A stretch of 64,000 nt of DNA from Candidatus Multivoradales bacterium (GCA_965248055.1 CBDFIJ010000004.1:544001-608000); one strand, 5' to 3'; counted from the stretch's first letter, positions 9,851 to 20,679 are shown. Translations and numbers: made by a program. Notes: generated from the sequence alone by a model not told the origin.

Positions 9851-11647
9851 ATGAACTTGACTACCAGCAACCGGTCGCCGCACAGACCATCGATCCTTTA
9901 CACTCTACCGATGACAATCAGGCCTATGACAACCAGGAATCGCCCTCACGTTTTTGCTGCCACCACCCCGCTGTTTCTACTGGTGCTCTTTGCCGCGACC
10001 CGAGCTTTCGCCAGTCCGGTCGCAATTCAGGTCGAGAACCAGAAGGGCAAACCGATCGATGGCGCCGAAGTCACGGTGCGATCACAGGAAGGCGAAGCCC
10101 CTTTGGTCACCGCGATCACCAGTGATCGCGGCGTCGCCGTGATCAATGAACTCGGCCCTGGCGAGTGGTACTTTGAAATCACCCGGCCTGGCTACATGAT
10201 GTTTTCCGCCTACGTGCGGCTGCGCGACGGCAAGAAGCCAGAATTAGGATTCGCTTCGCAGGTCAGCCGGGGCGACGACTGGGAACCGATGCGGGTTAAG
10301 TTCACCAAAGCCTCGGTGAAGTTGGCGCGCGATGCGGTGAATGCGCCCACCCCGGAACCGCGCGTTCGACAACCGGTGCGGGTTGAAGCCGATGAGTCCC
10401 CTGCGGTGATTACCAGGGTGGAGCCAACATCCGAATCGAAGCCGACAGTCGCCACCGAACCCGACGGCGAAACGATCACGGAGGCCGCTAAGCCCGAGCA
10501 ACGACCGGTAGAAGGTCCGGTCTCAGAGACTGCAGAGGTCGCCTCATCGACCACCGCAGTAGTGGTCCCCAGTGTGATCGAGGATGTCGAGCCGGAGCGT
10601 TCGGCGGACGGAGAAACTGCACCGCCATCTTTGACCGTTGCGGACGGTGACCCACTCCCCAGATCGGCAACCGAATCCAACAGCGACGACTCTGAAGCTG
10701 CCTCTCGCGAACAGGCTGATCCCGCGCAAGCTGATTCCGACGACCTTGCTCCGGAAAACGCTCTCGCAGATACGGACACCGTTGAGGACGCCCCACAGAC
10801 GCCAACTCTCGACTCCGCGGCACCTGAAGAGGCAATCGGTCAGCCGACTCCGGAAGTGGCTGCACAGCCAGAGCCCACACTCCCAGAGCAAGCCTTGCCA
10901 GAGCCAGCACTCCCAGAACCTGTCCAAGCACCCGAGGGCCAAGTAGTCATTGCGGCCAATGGGGCGGCAGCCGAGGAAGCAGAACCCAGTGAGGCTGCAA
11001 GCAGCGACCTAGCCGACAGCCCGATCGAGCAACCTCAAACACCGACGACGCCACCGGTTGCCGTCGCATCAGATCAGCTAGATTTTCTTTCCACTCCGCC
11101 GCGCTACCTACGCTCCGCCGCGGCCGGGAACTGTCCCGAGTGCGCCGGGGGCGAGTGGGCGGTGTCGGCCGCGGTCGAAGCGGGTACCGCGGGTGACACC
11201 CGCTCCACCAGCACCTGTGCAGCCGATCTCGCAGACAGAGCGCAGCAGTTTGCCGAACAGCTTGTCAACCGTCCGCAGGGTGCCTTTGTCGGCCCAATGA
11301 TGGCCGCTCTGTGGCGTACCGCCAGCGACTCGGCACGCACAGCGCTGGTAACGGAGGGATCGGAATTGATGAGTCCAGGCGGCTTTTGTCAAGTGGTTGG
11401 GGTGTTGTTACCCAAAGGGGCGACAATGACCGGCTATTCGCTGGAAGCCTGGGACGATTTAGGTGGGCGTGCTTGCAATGCAGAGGGTATTTGTGCCCTG
11501 CCCAAGGCCGGATGGTCCGGCAGCCCGACCGTGGTCAGCGGCGAGAACGCTACCGTCATCTACTCGGTGTTTCGCAACCGCTCGACACGGCACCAGCGCA
11601 ACGCAGAATTGACGGTCTTGTTTACCCCCCCGGCGGAGTGGCAATGA
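9851..11647 (+). CDS. Exported protein: carboxypeptidase-regulatory-like domain, long acidic/Pro linker, Cys-containing C-terminal domain (start may be ~9926)
   Basis: Signal-like 'LFLLVLFAATRAFA', 'GKPIDGAEVTV...TSDRG...LGPGEW...PGY' Ig-like motif. Confidence 0.75.
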   Translation: MNLTTSNRSPHRPSILYTLPMTIRPMTTRNRPHVFAATTPLFLLVLFAATRAFASPVAIQVENQKGKPIDGAEVTVRSQEGEAPLVTAITSDRGVAVINELGPGEWYFEITRPGYMMFSAYVRLRDGKKPELGFASQVSRGDDWEPMRVKFTKASVKLARDAVNAPTPEPRVRQPVRVEADESPAVITRVEPTSESKPTVATEPDGETITEAAKPEQRPVEGPVSETAEVASSTTAVVVPSVIEDVEPERSADGETAPPSLTVADGDPLPRSATESNSDDSEAASREQADPAQADSDDLAPENALADTDTVEDAPQTPTLDSAAPEEAIGQPTPEVAAQPEPTLPEQALPEPALPEPVQAPEGQVVIAANGAAAEEAEPSEAASSDLADSPIEQPQTPTTPPVAVASDQLDFLSTPPRYLRSAAAGNCPECAGGEWAVSAAVEAGTAGDTRSTSTCAADLADRAQQFAEQLVNRPQGAFVGPMMAALWRTASDSARTALVTEGSELMSPGGFCQVVGVLLPKGATMTGYSLEAWDDLGGRACNAEGICALPKAGWSGSPTVVSGENATVIYSVFRNRSTRHQRNAELTVLFTPPAEWQ

Positions 11648-12615
11648 ACGATTCCAAGCAAGACGAGACTCGAGAGATAGACCTCGCCAACAAGCCCAAG
11701 CCGACCGATCGCCAGGAGGAAGCAAGAACTCTGGGTGAACTAGAGTGGCAGGACCAATTGGGCCCAGCAGCGGAAGAGGAACCGACCGTCCCTCTGAACT
11801 CGGAGAATGAGCCGACCCTTGCCCTCGGCTACGGTGCCGATCGGAATCGCAATCGCAGCCCCGATTCCTTTCGCTGGCGATGGATCGCATTAGCCATCCT
11901 GCTCCTGGGAGCGGCTGGTTGGTGGTTCATGTCTCGAGGGCGCTCGATCGAGAAGCCCACTGTTGAAGCCAGCGCTCCGACCGCAGCCCAGCAGACGGAA
12001 AAACTCGAGCAGGCTCTGGACCTGCCTGAACTGGATGCCAGCGATGCGTTAATCCGGCAGCTGGTGGCGCAAATCGCGGCACACCCGGCACTCACCCGCT
12101 GGTTGGCCAACGACAATCTGGTTCGCAGTTTTACTTCCGGAGTCGAAGTGATCGCTGAAGGCCAAGTACCCAAAGACAGTCTTGGCTTCTTGATTCCCAA
12201 CAGCGGTTTTTCCACCGATGCTGCAGGCGTTGATTCCTGGCGACCCAGCGTTGCCAGCCGCCAGCGGTTTGAAGAGCTAGTGGCGGTGATGCAATTGGTC
12301 AGTCCGGCAGACGCAGCTCGCATCGTGCGCAGCATCGAGCCGTTGTCCGACCAAGCACGGCGCGATCTGGGATACCCGCAGGGCGATTCCCGCTCAGCAT
12401 TGGACCGCAGTGTCGCTCATTTGGTTCGGGTTTCGCCGCAATTGGCGTCTGAACCGTTGATCCAAGACGGCGAGATCTATCGCTATCAAGACCAGACCCT
12501 CGAAGAGGCACTGTCGCCGGCGCAGAAAGCACTGTTGCGACTCGGCCCCGAACAGGCGGCCTGGGTACAGGGCTGGCTGCACCGATTTCACGATGCTTTA
12601 GCATCAGCCGAGTAA
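11644..12615 (+). CDS. DUF3014 family membrane-anchored protein
   Basis: ATG overlapping the upstream stop; 'LPELDASDALIR', 'DLGYP', 'LSPAQKALLRLGPE' motifs. Confidence 0.8.
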   Translation: MNDSKQDETREIDLANKPKPTDRQEEARTLGELEWQDQLGPAAEEEPTVPLNSENEPTLALGYGADRNRNRSPDSFRWRWIALAILLLGAAGWWFMSRGRSIEKPTVEASAPTAAQQTEKLEQALDLPELDASDALIRQLVAQIAAHPALTRWLANDNLVRSFTSGVEVIAEGQVPKDSLGFLIPNSGFSTDAAGVDSWRPSVASRQRFEELVAVMQLVSPADAARIVRSIEPLSDQARRDLGYPQGDSRSALDRSVAHLVRVSPQLASEPLIQDGEIYRYQDQTLEEALSPAQKALLRLGPEQAAWVQGWLHRFHDALASAE

Positions 12616-12618
12616 CCC

Positions 12619-13722
12619 ATGCTGCAATACCTGCTTGATACCGCGAATCTAGATCCGCTGCTAGAACAAGTTAGCGCGCTGCGCTGGGTGCAAAACGTAG
12701 TTTTGGTCGCCGGATTTGTGGTCACCGCACTGATTGTCGATTTCTTGATCAGCCGCGTTTTTACCTACTGGGTTGGACGTACCAAGACCGACTTGGACGA
12801 CCGTTTCGTCGCTTTGCTGCACCGACCAATCGTGGGAACCATCATCAGCGTCGGAATCTGGGCTGTGGTGTTGCGCGCCGACCTAGCAGATCCGATACGC
12901 ATTCCAATCAAACGCGTCTTGCTGACCATCTTGCTGTGGTTTTGGGCATCCTTTGCCCTGCGCGCCGGTTTGTTGCTGATCGAGGCGGTCTCTCGACTAC
13001 AAACTCGTAAACCGTTTATCGAACCGCGCATGTTGCCGCTAGCGGCAACCCTGCACCGAATCGGAGTGGTAGCCGCAGCGATTTACCTACTGTTAGCCAT
13101 CTGGGGCATCAACGTAGGCCCGCTATTGGCGGGAGCTGGGATTCTCGGCATCGCCCTGGGCTTTGCCGCCAAGGACACCCTCTCGAACCTATTTTCTGGG
13201 ATCTTCATCATGGCCGACGCGCCCTATGAGATCGGTGATTTCATCGTCTTGGGCACTGGGGAACGCGGTGAGGTGACCAAGATCGGCCTTCGTAGCACCC
13301 GGCTGCTCACCCGCGACGACATCGAGGTCACCATCCCCAACTCTGTAATCGCCAATGCCAAGATTCTCAACGAAAGTGGCGGCCCGGAAGTTTGGGAACG
13401 GGTTCGCGCTGATGTCCAGGTCGCCTACGGCACGGACATCGACCGACTACGCCAGGTGCTGATCGAGGTTGCGGTTGGCGATTCTCACATCGCCAGTTCA
13501 CCCGAACCACGAGTACGGATGCGTGGCTTTGGCGAATCGGGCCTTAACTTCCAATTGCTCGGCTGGATCAACAACCCAGAGCTGAAAGGAAGAGCCCTGG
13601 ATTCTCTCTACGACGCGATCTACAAACGATTCGCTGAGGACGGAATCGAGATCCCCTACCCCGTGCGACGGGTTGTCATGCCGCAGCCGTCGGCAGATTC
13701 GCAGCAAGAACCAACGCGCTAA
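12619..13722 (+). CDS. Small-conductance mechanosensitive channel (MscS family)
   Basis: GIALGFAAKDTLSNLFSG, PYEIGDFI, IGLRSTRL, IPNS, GIEIPYP motifs. Confidence 0.93.
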   Translation: MLQYLLDTANLDPLLEQVSALRWVQNVVLVAGFVVTALIVDFLISRVFTYWVGRTKTDLDDRFVALLHRPIVGTIISVGIWAVVLRADLADPIRIPIKRVLLTILLWFWASFALRAGLLLIEAVSRLQTRKPFIEPRMLPLAATLHRIGVVAAAIYLLLAIWGINVGPLLAGAGILGIALGFAAKDTLSNLFSGIFIMADAPYEIGDFIVLGTGERGEVTKIGLRSTRLLTRDDIEVTIPNSVIANAKILNESGGPEVWERVRADVQVAYGTDIDRLRQVLIEVAVGDSHIASSPEPRVRMRGFGESGLNFQLLGWINNPELKGRALDSLYDAIYKRFAEDGIEIPYPVRRVVMPQPSADSQQEPTR

Positions 13723-13854
13723 GCTTCCCGTTGCTCTTGGAAGGCCACCTATGAGGTCTACGACCAAGCATCACGCTGATCCTCTTGTGCCGCAAATCTT
13801 TGACTGCGCATCGACCGACCGGCGATTCCTGAAGGTGAGATAGGCTCCGGCTCC

Positions 13855-15273
13855 ATGACTGCTTCCAACGCTACCCTCGCATTCCACGGCGCCGCCCGAA
13901 CGGTGACCGGATCCAAGTACTTACTGACCCTCGACAAGGATCGGACTTTGATCGACGCCGGGTTGTTTCAAGGCATTCGAGAGCTGCGCCGGTTGAACTG
14001 GCGCGAGCCTGGATTCGACCCCAAAGAGCTCGACCGGGTGGTTCTCACCCACACCCATATTGACCACATTGGTTTTCTACCTCGCTTAGTGCGGCTGGGC
14101 TTCAATGGACCAGTGTACTCAACCCCGGCGACGGTGGAGTTGGCGCAGTTACTGCTGCTAGACGCTGCACACCTCCAGGAAGAGGACGCCGACTACGCCA
14201 ATCGAAAAGGCTTCAGCAAACATGTCCCGGCGGAACCTCTGTTCACCACCGCCGACGCCAAAGAAACGCTGAAGATGATGCAACCGTTGGACTTTGATCA
14301 ATGGCATCAACTGACTCCAGCACTGCGCATTCTCTATGGAAGTGCTGGTCACATCTTGGGTTCAGCACACATGGCGGCTCGCTTGGATCTGGGTGGCCGG
14401 CATTTGCGGGTTACCTTTAGTGGCGACGTCGGGCGTTACGACGTACCGCTGCACCGAGACCCGATTCCCCCGGAACCGTGTGATGTGCTGATCTGCGAAT
14501 CAACCTACGGCAACCGTGAGCACGACACCACGCCGATCAGTACCCAACTCGCGGAATCCCTCAATCATTGTTTCCGCAAACGAGGAACCGCGCTGATCCC
14601 CGCCTTCGCGGTTGGTCGCAGTCAGGCGATGACCTTGGTCTTGCGCGAGATGATGGAAAATGGCGATATCCCGGAAGTACCGATTCACATCGACAGCCCG
14701 ATGGCGGTCGACGCTACCCGCATCTACAGTCGTTTTCTAAACTCGAACAACGTCGATGAAGACCTGGTAGCCGAAGGCAGAAGCAAGTTGATGCCGCCCA
14801 ACCTCACCCTGCATCGTTCGACGAAGGAATCCAAGCAACTCAACACCACCAAAGGTCCGCGCATCATCATTTCCGCCAGCGGCATGCTTGCCGGGGGTCG
14901 GGTTCTGCATCATCTGGCTCGCCTTGCCTCCGATCGACAGAACCTGGTGATTCTGGCGGGATATCAAGCGGCTGGGACCCGTGGACGCAGGCTGCTGGAC
15001 GGTGAACCCTCAATTCGGGTCCACGGTCGCGACGTGCCGATCCGTTGCCAGGTGATCTCACTGCACGGATTGTCCGGCCACGCTGATCGTTCCGAGTTGT
15101 TGCGCTGGCTGCGCTCGGGAAACCTTGAGCCCTCCAGAACCTTTCTCACCCACGGGGAAGCCGAATCAGCGATGTCTTTGGCCCATACCCTGCGCCGAGA
15201 GCTGCATTGGAAAGTCAGTGTCCCCAGCCTGGATGATGAAGTCGACCTCACCCGCTTTCTTAGGGCCTGCTAA
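13855..15273 (+). CDS. Metallo-beta-lactamase/beta-CASP ribonuclease
   Basis: GAARTVTGS, THTHIDHIG, AGHILGS, ESTYG, SGHAD motifs. Confidence 0.92.
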   Translation: MTASNATLAFHGAARTVTGSKYLLTLDKDRTLIDAGLFQGIRELRRLNWREPGFDPKELDRVVLTHTHIDHIGFLPRLVRLGFNGPVYSTPATVELAQLLLLDAAHLQEEDADYANRKGFSKHVPAEPLFTTADAKETLKMMQPLDFDQWHQLTPALRILYGSAGHILGSAHMAARLDLGGRHLRVTFSGDVGRYDVPLHRDPIPPEPCDVLICESTYGNREHDTTPISTQLAESLNHCFRKRGTALIPAFAVGRSQAMTLVLREMMENGDIPEVPIHIDSPMAVDATRIYSRFLNSNNVDEDLVAEGRSKLMPPNLTLHRSTKESKQLNTTKGPRIIISASGMLAGGRVLHHLARLASDRQNLVILAGYQAAGTRGRRLLDGEPSIRVHGRDVPIRCQVISLHGLSGHADRSELLRWLRSGNLEPSRTFLTHGEAESAMSLAHTLRRELHWKVSVPSLDDEVDLTRFLRAC

Positions 15274-15536
15274 CGCTTGTCAGATAGCTGCGACGGTAGT
15301 CCATTTTGTTCAGTGCAAGAAACGACAAGCGCAATGTACTCTATGTACTTCAGTGAGGAGAGACGCAGCAGTGGGCAAAATGGGCCCCGTCCCTACGGGT
15401 TGCAGGCCCAAACGTCGCCATGCTGCGTAGCTCGTCGCTTATTTGGAATGGCCAAACATCACTCCTCACGCCTTGCCTGGCACCGTTTGGACCGGCAACG
15501 CAACAATCTGACAAGCGTTAACAGGCCCTAGTTGAA

Positions 15537-17435
15537 ATGACCCCACCCTCATTTGCTGAAGACCCGGCGTTCGTGGTCGCCCTAGCGCTGGTAGTAGGAA
15601 TGACCGCTCAGGTGGTGGCGCGCCACTTACGGCTTCCCGGCATCGTGCTGTTGCTTGCAGCCGGGGCGCTGTTGGGCCCGGATGGGCTGGGTTGGATTCA
15701 ACCGCAAACCTTGGGCGGCACGCTACAGACCCTGGTCGGTTTCGCGGTTGCGGTAATCCTCTTTGAAGGTGGATTGAGTCTTAACATCCGCCGCTTGAGA
15801 CGCCAAGCTAAGCCAATCCGCGGATTGGTCACTATCGGCTCGTTCGTCACGGCAGTTGGGGGGACGCTGGCCGCGCACTACATCATGGGCTGGGCGTGGT
15901 CGGTTGCGGCGCTTTTCGGCACTCTGGTGATCGTCACCGGACCGACTGTGATCAACCCACTTCTCCGCCGGCTGCGGGTCGAGTCCAAGGTCTCCACGGT
16001 GCTCGAAGCGGAGGGGATCTTTGGCGACGCCATTGGAGCGCTGGTGGCCATCGTGGCTTTGGAAGTGGTCCTCACACCTGCTCACATCGACGTCGCCCAT
16101 GGTGCTTGGGAACTCCTGCAACGAATCGGCTTCGGGGGTTTAGCCGGCGTGCTGGCAGGGCTAGTGATGGCAACGCTGCTGCGTTACGAGCGACTGATCC
16201 CCCACGGGCTCGACAACATGGTCACCCTGTCTCTCACGCTGCTGCTCTACCAGGGAGCCAACGCCCTTTTACCAGAAAGTGGCATCGTGGCAGTGATCGC
16301 CGCTGGCATGACCATCGGCAACACCCGAGCACCACTGGTGGAGGAGCTCAAAGAATTCAAAGAACAACTGACGGCAATGCTGATCGGACTGCTATTTGTG
16401 CTGCTTGCAGCCGATGTCCGCTTAGACGACGTCAAGGCTTTGGGCTGGCGTGGGCTGGCGACCGTCGGAATTTTGATGTTGATTGTGCGGCCCCTCAATG
16501 TCTGGGTGGGCACCTACGACAGCGACCTCAACCTTCGGCAGAAAGCGTTCCTGTCCTGGATGGCCCCACGCGGGATCGTCGCCGCGGCAGTGGCATCCTT
16601 GTTTGCGCAACGGTTAGAGGCCGCCGAGATGACGGGGGGCACCGAGTTACGAGCGTTGGTTTTTCTGGTCATCGCGTTAACCGTGACCGTGCAGGGACTG
16701 ATGGGAGCACCACTGGCCACGCTTCTCGGCCTCAAGCGCAAGTCGAAACGCGGCTATGCAATTCTGGGCGCTGGACCGCTCGCGCGCACCTTGGCAGAAG
16801 CGCTTGGAAGCGATGACCAGAAAGGTGTGTTGATCGACTCCAATCCACAAGCATGTCGTACCGCCGAACTATCCGGACTCAAAATTTTGTTCGGCAGCGG
16901 CTTGGCGGATTCGATTCTTCAACGCGCGGCGCTAGAAGAACGGCGTGGTGCGATCGGCCTGACGCCCAACGATGGCATCAACTTCACCTTCACCCGCCGC
17001 GCCAAACGGGAATTTCGCAGCCCCAAAGTTTGGCTGACCCTGGGCAGTAACCACTCCGAGGTCAGACCCTCAATGTTGGGCGAGATCGAAGCGGAGTTGT
17101 TGTTTGGCGGGGTAACCAACATCGGCGTTTGGAACCACCGCGTGGAACAGAACCGGGCGGTATTAGAAATCTGGGAAGCCAACGACCGGGGCAGCGGCGA
17201 CCAGGAGGCTCCGACTTTTTCCACCGACCAAGCCCTGCCTTTTGTCTGGCGCAACACTACCCAAGCGGAGCCCTTTGCCCACTTTAAACCACCCTTTCGC
17301 CACGCTTCGCTCTTGGTTTTGGTTGCCAGCCAGCATACCGAGGCGGTCGAAGCCGCGATGAGTCTTGCAGGCTGGTATTTGACCAGCACCGATGCCATCA
17401 ATGGGGAACGAACCAGGAACGAGGAATCAGCATGA
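15537..17435 (+). CDS. CPA1 cation:proton antiporter (NhaP-like) with C-terminal TrkA-N/RCK domain
   Basis: ILFEGGL, TGPTVI, EGIFGDAIG, APRGIVAAAVA motifs; ILGAGPLA Rossmann-like motif. Confidence 0.9.
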   Translation: MTPPSFAEDPAFVVALALVVGMTAQVVARHLRLPGIVLLLAAGALLGPDGLGWIQPQTLGGTLQTLVGFAVAVILFEGGLSLNIRRLRRQAKPIRGLVTIGSFVTAVGGTLAAHYIMGWAWSVAALFGTLVIVTGPTVINPLLRRLRVESKVSTVLEAEGIFGDAIGALVAIVALEVVLTPAHIDVAHGAWELLQRIGFGGLAGVLAGLVMATLLRYERLIPHGLDNMVTLSLTLLLYQGANALLPESGIVAVIAAGMTIGNTRAPLVEELKEFKEQLTAMLIGLLFVLLAADVRLDDVKALGWRGLATVGILMLIVRPLNVWVGTYDSDLNLRQKAFLSWMAPRGIVAAAVASLFAQRLEAAEMTGGTELRALVFLVIALTVTVQGLMGAPLATLLGLKRKSKRGYAILGAGPLARTLAEALGSDDQKGVLIDSNPQACRTAELSGLKILFGSGLADSILQRAALEERRGAIGLTPNDGINFTFTRRAKREFRSPKVWLTLGSNHSEVRPSMLGEIEAELLFGGVTNIGVWNHRVEQNRAVLEIWEANDRGSGDQEAPTFSTDQALPFVWRNTTQAEPFAHFKPPFRHASLLVLVASQHTEAVEAAMSLAGWYLTSTDAINGERTRNEESA

Positions 17436-18391
17436 ACCAGGAACGATTTGGGCGCACTGAAGCGCAAGTATCAACCGTCGCCGTCGGCACTTGGTCCTAC
17501 GGAGGCGCGCGCTCGGTAGCAGGACACGGCGTCGGCTGGTCGGGTCACGAGGACAGCACGGCGTTGGCGGCTCTGCGCGCCGCCTACGAGGGCGGCATCA
17601 ACCATTGGGACACCGCCGACGCCTATGGAGACGGTGACTCGGAACGACTTTTGGGATCCTTGTGGAAAGAAATTCCGCGCGACGACATCTTCCTCGCCAC
17701 CAAGGTTGGCTGGGTACCGGGAAAATATCGGGGCTACTACCGTCCCGAGCAGATTCAACGCCAATTCGAAGCCTCGCTGCGCAACCTCAAGACCGAGACC
17801 ATCGACCTTTACTACCTGCACCACTGTGACTTCGGACCACAGAACGCGAGCCTCGACGACGCGATTGACCTGCTGCGAGGCTTTCGCGATCAGGGAAAGA
17901 TCCGCTTCATCGGGCTCTCGGACTGGGATTCCAACAAGATTCTCCGCCTAGCACCCAAAGTCGATCCCGACGTGGTTCAGCCCTATCGCAATCTGCTAGA
18001 CAACAGTTACGTCACTTCCGGGCTCGCGGCCTACGTTGCCGAACACGATCTAGGGGTGGCGTTTTTCTCTCCCTTGAAACATGGCCTGCTGCTGGGAAAA
18101 TATACCCAACCTCAAGAATTCCCCCAAGGAGATATGCGTGCCGGAATCGATGAGTTTCAGGACGCTACGCGTCTGGCACACTACGCACATTTAGCCAAAG
18201 AAATGGTCGAACGTTTTAGCGATCACCCGCAGCCAGTGCTGCACGCCGTCGTTGATTCGCTGCTGGCCGACTCCCCCACGGGCTCGGTGCTGGTCGGGCA
18301 GCGGTCCAAGGCGCAAGCGGAAGCCGCTTGCAGCCTGGGAGATCCGTTGTCGATCGCCGAGGCGTTGGCGATAGCGCGCCTCTATCAGTAG
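17432..18391 (+). CDS. Aldo/keto reductase
   Basis: GINHWDTADAYGDGDSE, LATKVG, IDLYYLH, GKIRFIGLS, SPLKHGLL motifs. Confidence 0.92.
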   Translation: MNQERFGRTEAQVSTVAVGTWSYGGARSVAGHGVGWSGHEDSTALAALRAAYEGGINHWDTADAYGDGDSERLLGSLWKEIPRDDIFLATKVGWVPGKYRGYYRPEQIQRQFEASLRNLKTETIDLYYLHHCDFGPQNASLDDAIDLLRGFRDQGKIRFIGLSDWDSNKILRLAPKVDPDVVQPYRNLLDNSYVTSGLAAYVAEHDLGVAFFSPLKHGLLLGKYTQPQEFPQGDMRAGIDEFQDATRLAHYAHLAKEMVERFSDHPQPVLHAVVDSLLADSPTGSVLVGQRSKAQAEAACSLGDPLSIAEALAIARLYQ

Positions 18392-18547
18392 CAACCTGTT
18401 CGGCCGCTCGCCGCCGGAAGCAGACATGCACAGAAAATCAAAACTTGTGGCACCGTCCAGACGTAGTTCACAACAGAAAACCCCTTTCCCGTGCTAGCAT
18501 TTGCGGGTTTGGATTCCGGTTCAACCGGCAAGACTAAGGAGGATCAT

Positions 18548-20677
18548 TTGACGAATCGTAATCGTTTTCTCGCACTTACTTTGGCTAGCTTGCTAGCCCT
18601 TCCGCTGGTGGCACAAGACCAAGCCGCCGACGACGACCGACCTCTAGAAGAGATCAAAGACGTCATCGTCGTCACCGCTTCCAGAACCGAGCAACATCTG
18701 CACGATGTGCCGGCATCGATCAGCGTTCTCACCTCAGAAGACATCGAGCAGATCCCTGCTGATGACTATGGCGACCTGCTGCGCAATATTCCTGGTGTTA
18801 ACGTAACCCAGCTCAGTGCGCGGGACATCCAGCTTACGACTCGTTCTTCAACCAATAGCTTGGCGGCAAGTCAGTTGGTTCTGGTGGACGGCCGAACTCT
18901 GTACTTGGACTTTTTCGGCTTCGTGATGTGGGACTTCCTGCCGTCGAATCCGCGGGAAATCAAACAAATCGAAGTGGTTCGTGGTCCGGGTGCCGCCGTC
19001 TGGGGTGCCAACGCAATGTCCGGCGTGATCAATGTCATCACCAAGAGCCCGCGAGAAATGGTCGGCACCGACATCATGCTCGGCGCTGGCGAGCTGGGAA
19101 CGGTGATGGCCAACATCAATCGTTCCGGCGCCAAAGAAAAGTCCGGCTACAAGATTGGCTTCGGCTACTACGAGCAGGATCCTTACGACCGTCCCACCGG
19201 TTTCGTACCCGGTACCGCGTCGGCAGCTGGCCCTGGGACTCCCTATCCAACTTTTGTCAACGGCGGAACCGACCAGCCCAAATTCAATGCCCGTTATGAC
19301 TACGACAAGAACTACGACTCCACTTGGAGCTTCTCGGGAGGCTTCGCCGCCACCGATGGAATCGTTCATTCTGGGATCGGCCCGTTCGATATTACTTCGG
19401 CCGACATGACCTATTTCAAGGCGGACTGGACCAAGCTGGCCAAGAGTGTCACCGCCTACGTCAACATCCTGGATGGCGACGCCGACAACCAGCTCACCCG
19501 CGGTGTGGACGGCCAACCGTTGGCTTTCTTGTTCGAGACCACGGCAGCCAATATCGACATCGCCAACACCTCGGTGGTCGCTGGCAACAACATCCTGACC
19601 TACGGTGGCAACGTACGTCAGGTCGACTTTGACCTGTCAATCGCTCCTGGCGAGGACAGCCGCAGCGAGTTCGGCGTCTATCTGCAGGACGAAATCCTGA
19701 TGGGCGACAAATGGCGCTGGCTGATTGGTGCCCGGTTTGACGACATCGATCCGATTGGCAACGTGATTTCACCGCGCACCAGTCTGATGTATTCGCCCAG
19801 CCCCAACCACACTTATCGCGCGTCTTTTAACCGGGCCTTTAAGTCGCCTTCGCTGGTCAACAACTACTTGGACATTGTGATCATCAATGCGGTCAACTTC
19901 GGCCCTCTCGGCCTCTACATCTTTCCTAGCGTAGCGGGCGGCAACGTGGACCTGGTTGAGGAACAACTGGACGCTATCGAGCTCGGCTATTTGGGTACCT
20001 TCGGCAACAAGACGGTGACGTTCGCGGTCTACGAGAATGACACCGAAGACAGCCATGACTTCTTCGCAGCCAGCGCTTACACCGCCGCCAATCCGCCGCC
20101 AGGCTTTCCGCTCCCGGCGATTCTCTTGGACCTGCCACCGGGCCTCTACAACATCCCCGGTGTGCCATTTCCCTTGCCTGGTCTTCAAGGTCAACTCCCA
20201 GCTAGCTTCAGCTACCGCAACATTGGTTCAACCAAGGATCGTGGTGCTGAATTCTCCCTGGACGTCAACCGTGGCAACAATTGGTCTTGGGGCTTCAACT
20301 ACTCCTACCAAGACGAGCCCGAAGTCGAGGGTGTCTTCCCGGTTATTCTGCCCAGTGGCGAGCGAGTGTTGCCGGTCAACATTCCGCCGCAGCACCGCGC
20401 CAACATCAACTTGGCGTTTCAGGGCGACACCTTCTTCTTCAACACCAACGCAAATTACCAGGATGAGGCATTCTGGACGGACATCTTGGACTCTCGGTTC
20501 TACGGTCCAACCGACTCCTTCACCATGCTCAACGCTGGATTCGGCTGGCGCCTGAACGAGGGCAAGACCACGCTCTCCCTCAACGGTCAAAATCTGACTG
20601 ATGAGGATGCGCAGCAGCACGTCTTCGGCGACATCATCAGCCGTAAGGTGGTCGCTCAGGTCGCATTCGCGTTCTAG
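18548..20677 (+). CDS. TonB-dependent outer-membrane receptor
   Basis: SD AAGGAGG then TTG; signal peptide; IVVTASRTE TonB-box region; IKQIEVVRGPGAAVWGANAMSGVINVITK plug motif; terminal Phe. Confidence 0.93.
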   Translation: MTNRNRFLALTLASLLALPLVAQDQAADDDRPLEEIKDVIVVTASRTEQHLHDVPASISVLTSEDIEQIPADDYGDLLRNIPGVNVTQLSARDIQLTTRSSTNSLAASQLVLVDGRTLYLDFFGFVMWDFLPSNPREIKQIEVVRGPGAAVWGANAMSGVINVITKSPREMVGTDIMLGAGELGTVMANINRSGAKEKSGYKIGFGYYEQDPYDRPTGFVPGTASAAGPGTPYPTFVNGGTDQPKFNARYDYDKNYDSTWSFSGGFAATDGIVHSGIGPFDITSADMTYFKADWTKLAKSVTAYVNILDGDADNQLTRGVDGQPLAFLFETTAANIDIANTSVVAGNNILTYGGNVRQVDFDLSIAPGEDSRSEFGVYLQDEILMGDKWRWLIGARFDDIDPIGNVISPRTSLMYSPSPNHTYRASFNRAFKSPSLVNNYLDIVIINAVNFGPLGLYIFPSVAGGNVDLVEEQLDAIELGYLGTFGNKTVTFAVYENDTEDSHDFFAASAYTAANPPPGFPLPAILLDLPPGLYNIPGVPFPLPGLQGQLPASFSYRNIGSTKDRGAEFSLDVNRGNNWSWGFNYSYQDEPEVEGVFPVILPSGERVLPVNIPPQHRANINLAFQGDTFFFNTNANYQDEAFWTDILDSRFYGPTDSFTMLNAGFGWRLNEGKTTLSLNGQNLTDEDAQQHVFGDIISRKVVAQVAFAF

Positions 20678-20679
20678 TC

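Noticed and set aside
11311-11643. Long N-terminal extension of the DUF3014 ORF
   Set aside because: Overlaps the upstream gene by >300 bp; the ATG at 11644 with ATGA coupling is more plausible.
15896-16816. Long alternative-frame and antisense ORFs (also 46124-47059, 53017-53784 and others)
   Set aside because: Shadow ORFs expected in GC-rich coding DNA; no recognisable motifs.
18392-18547. Cobalamin riboswitch ahead of the TonB receptor
   Set aside because: No B12-box or GGGAA...GCCACTG signatures in the short intergenic region.
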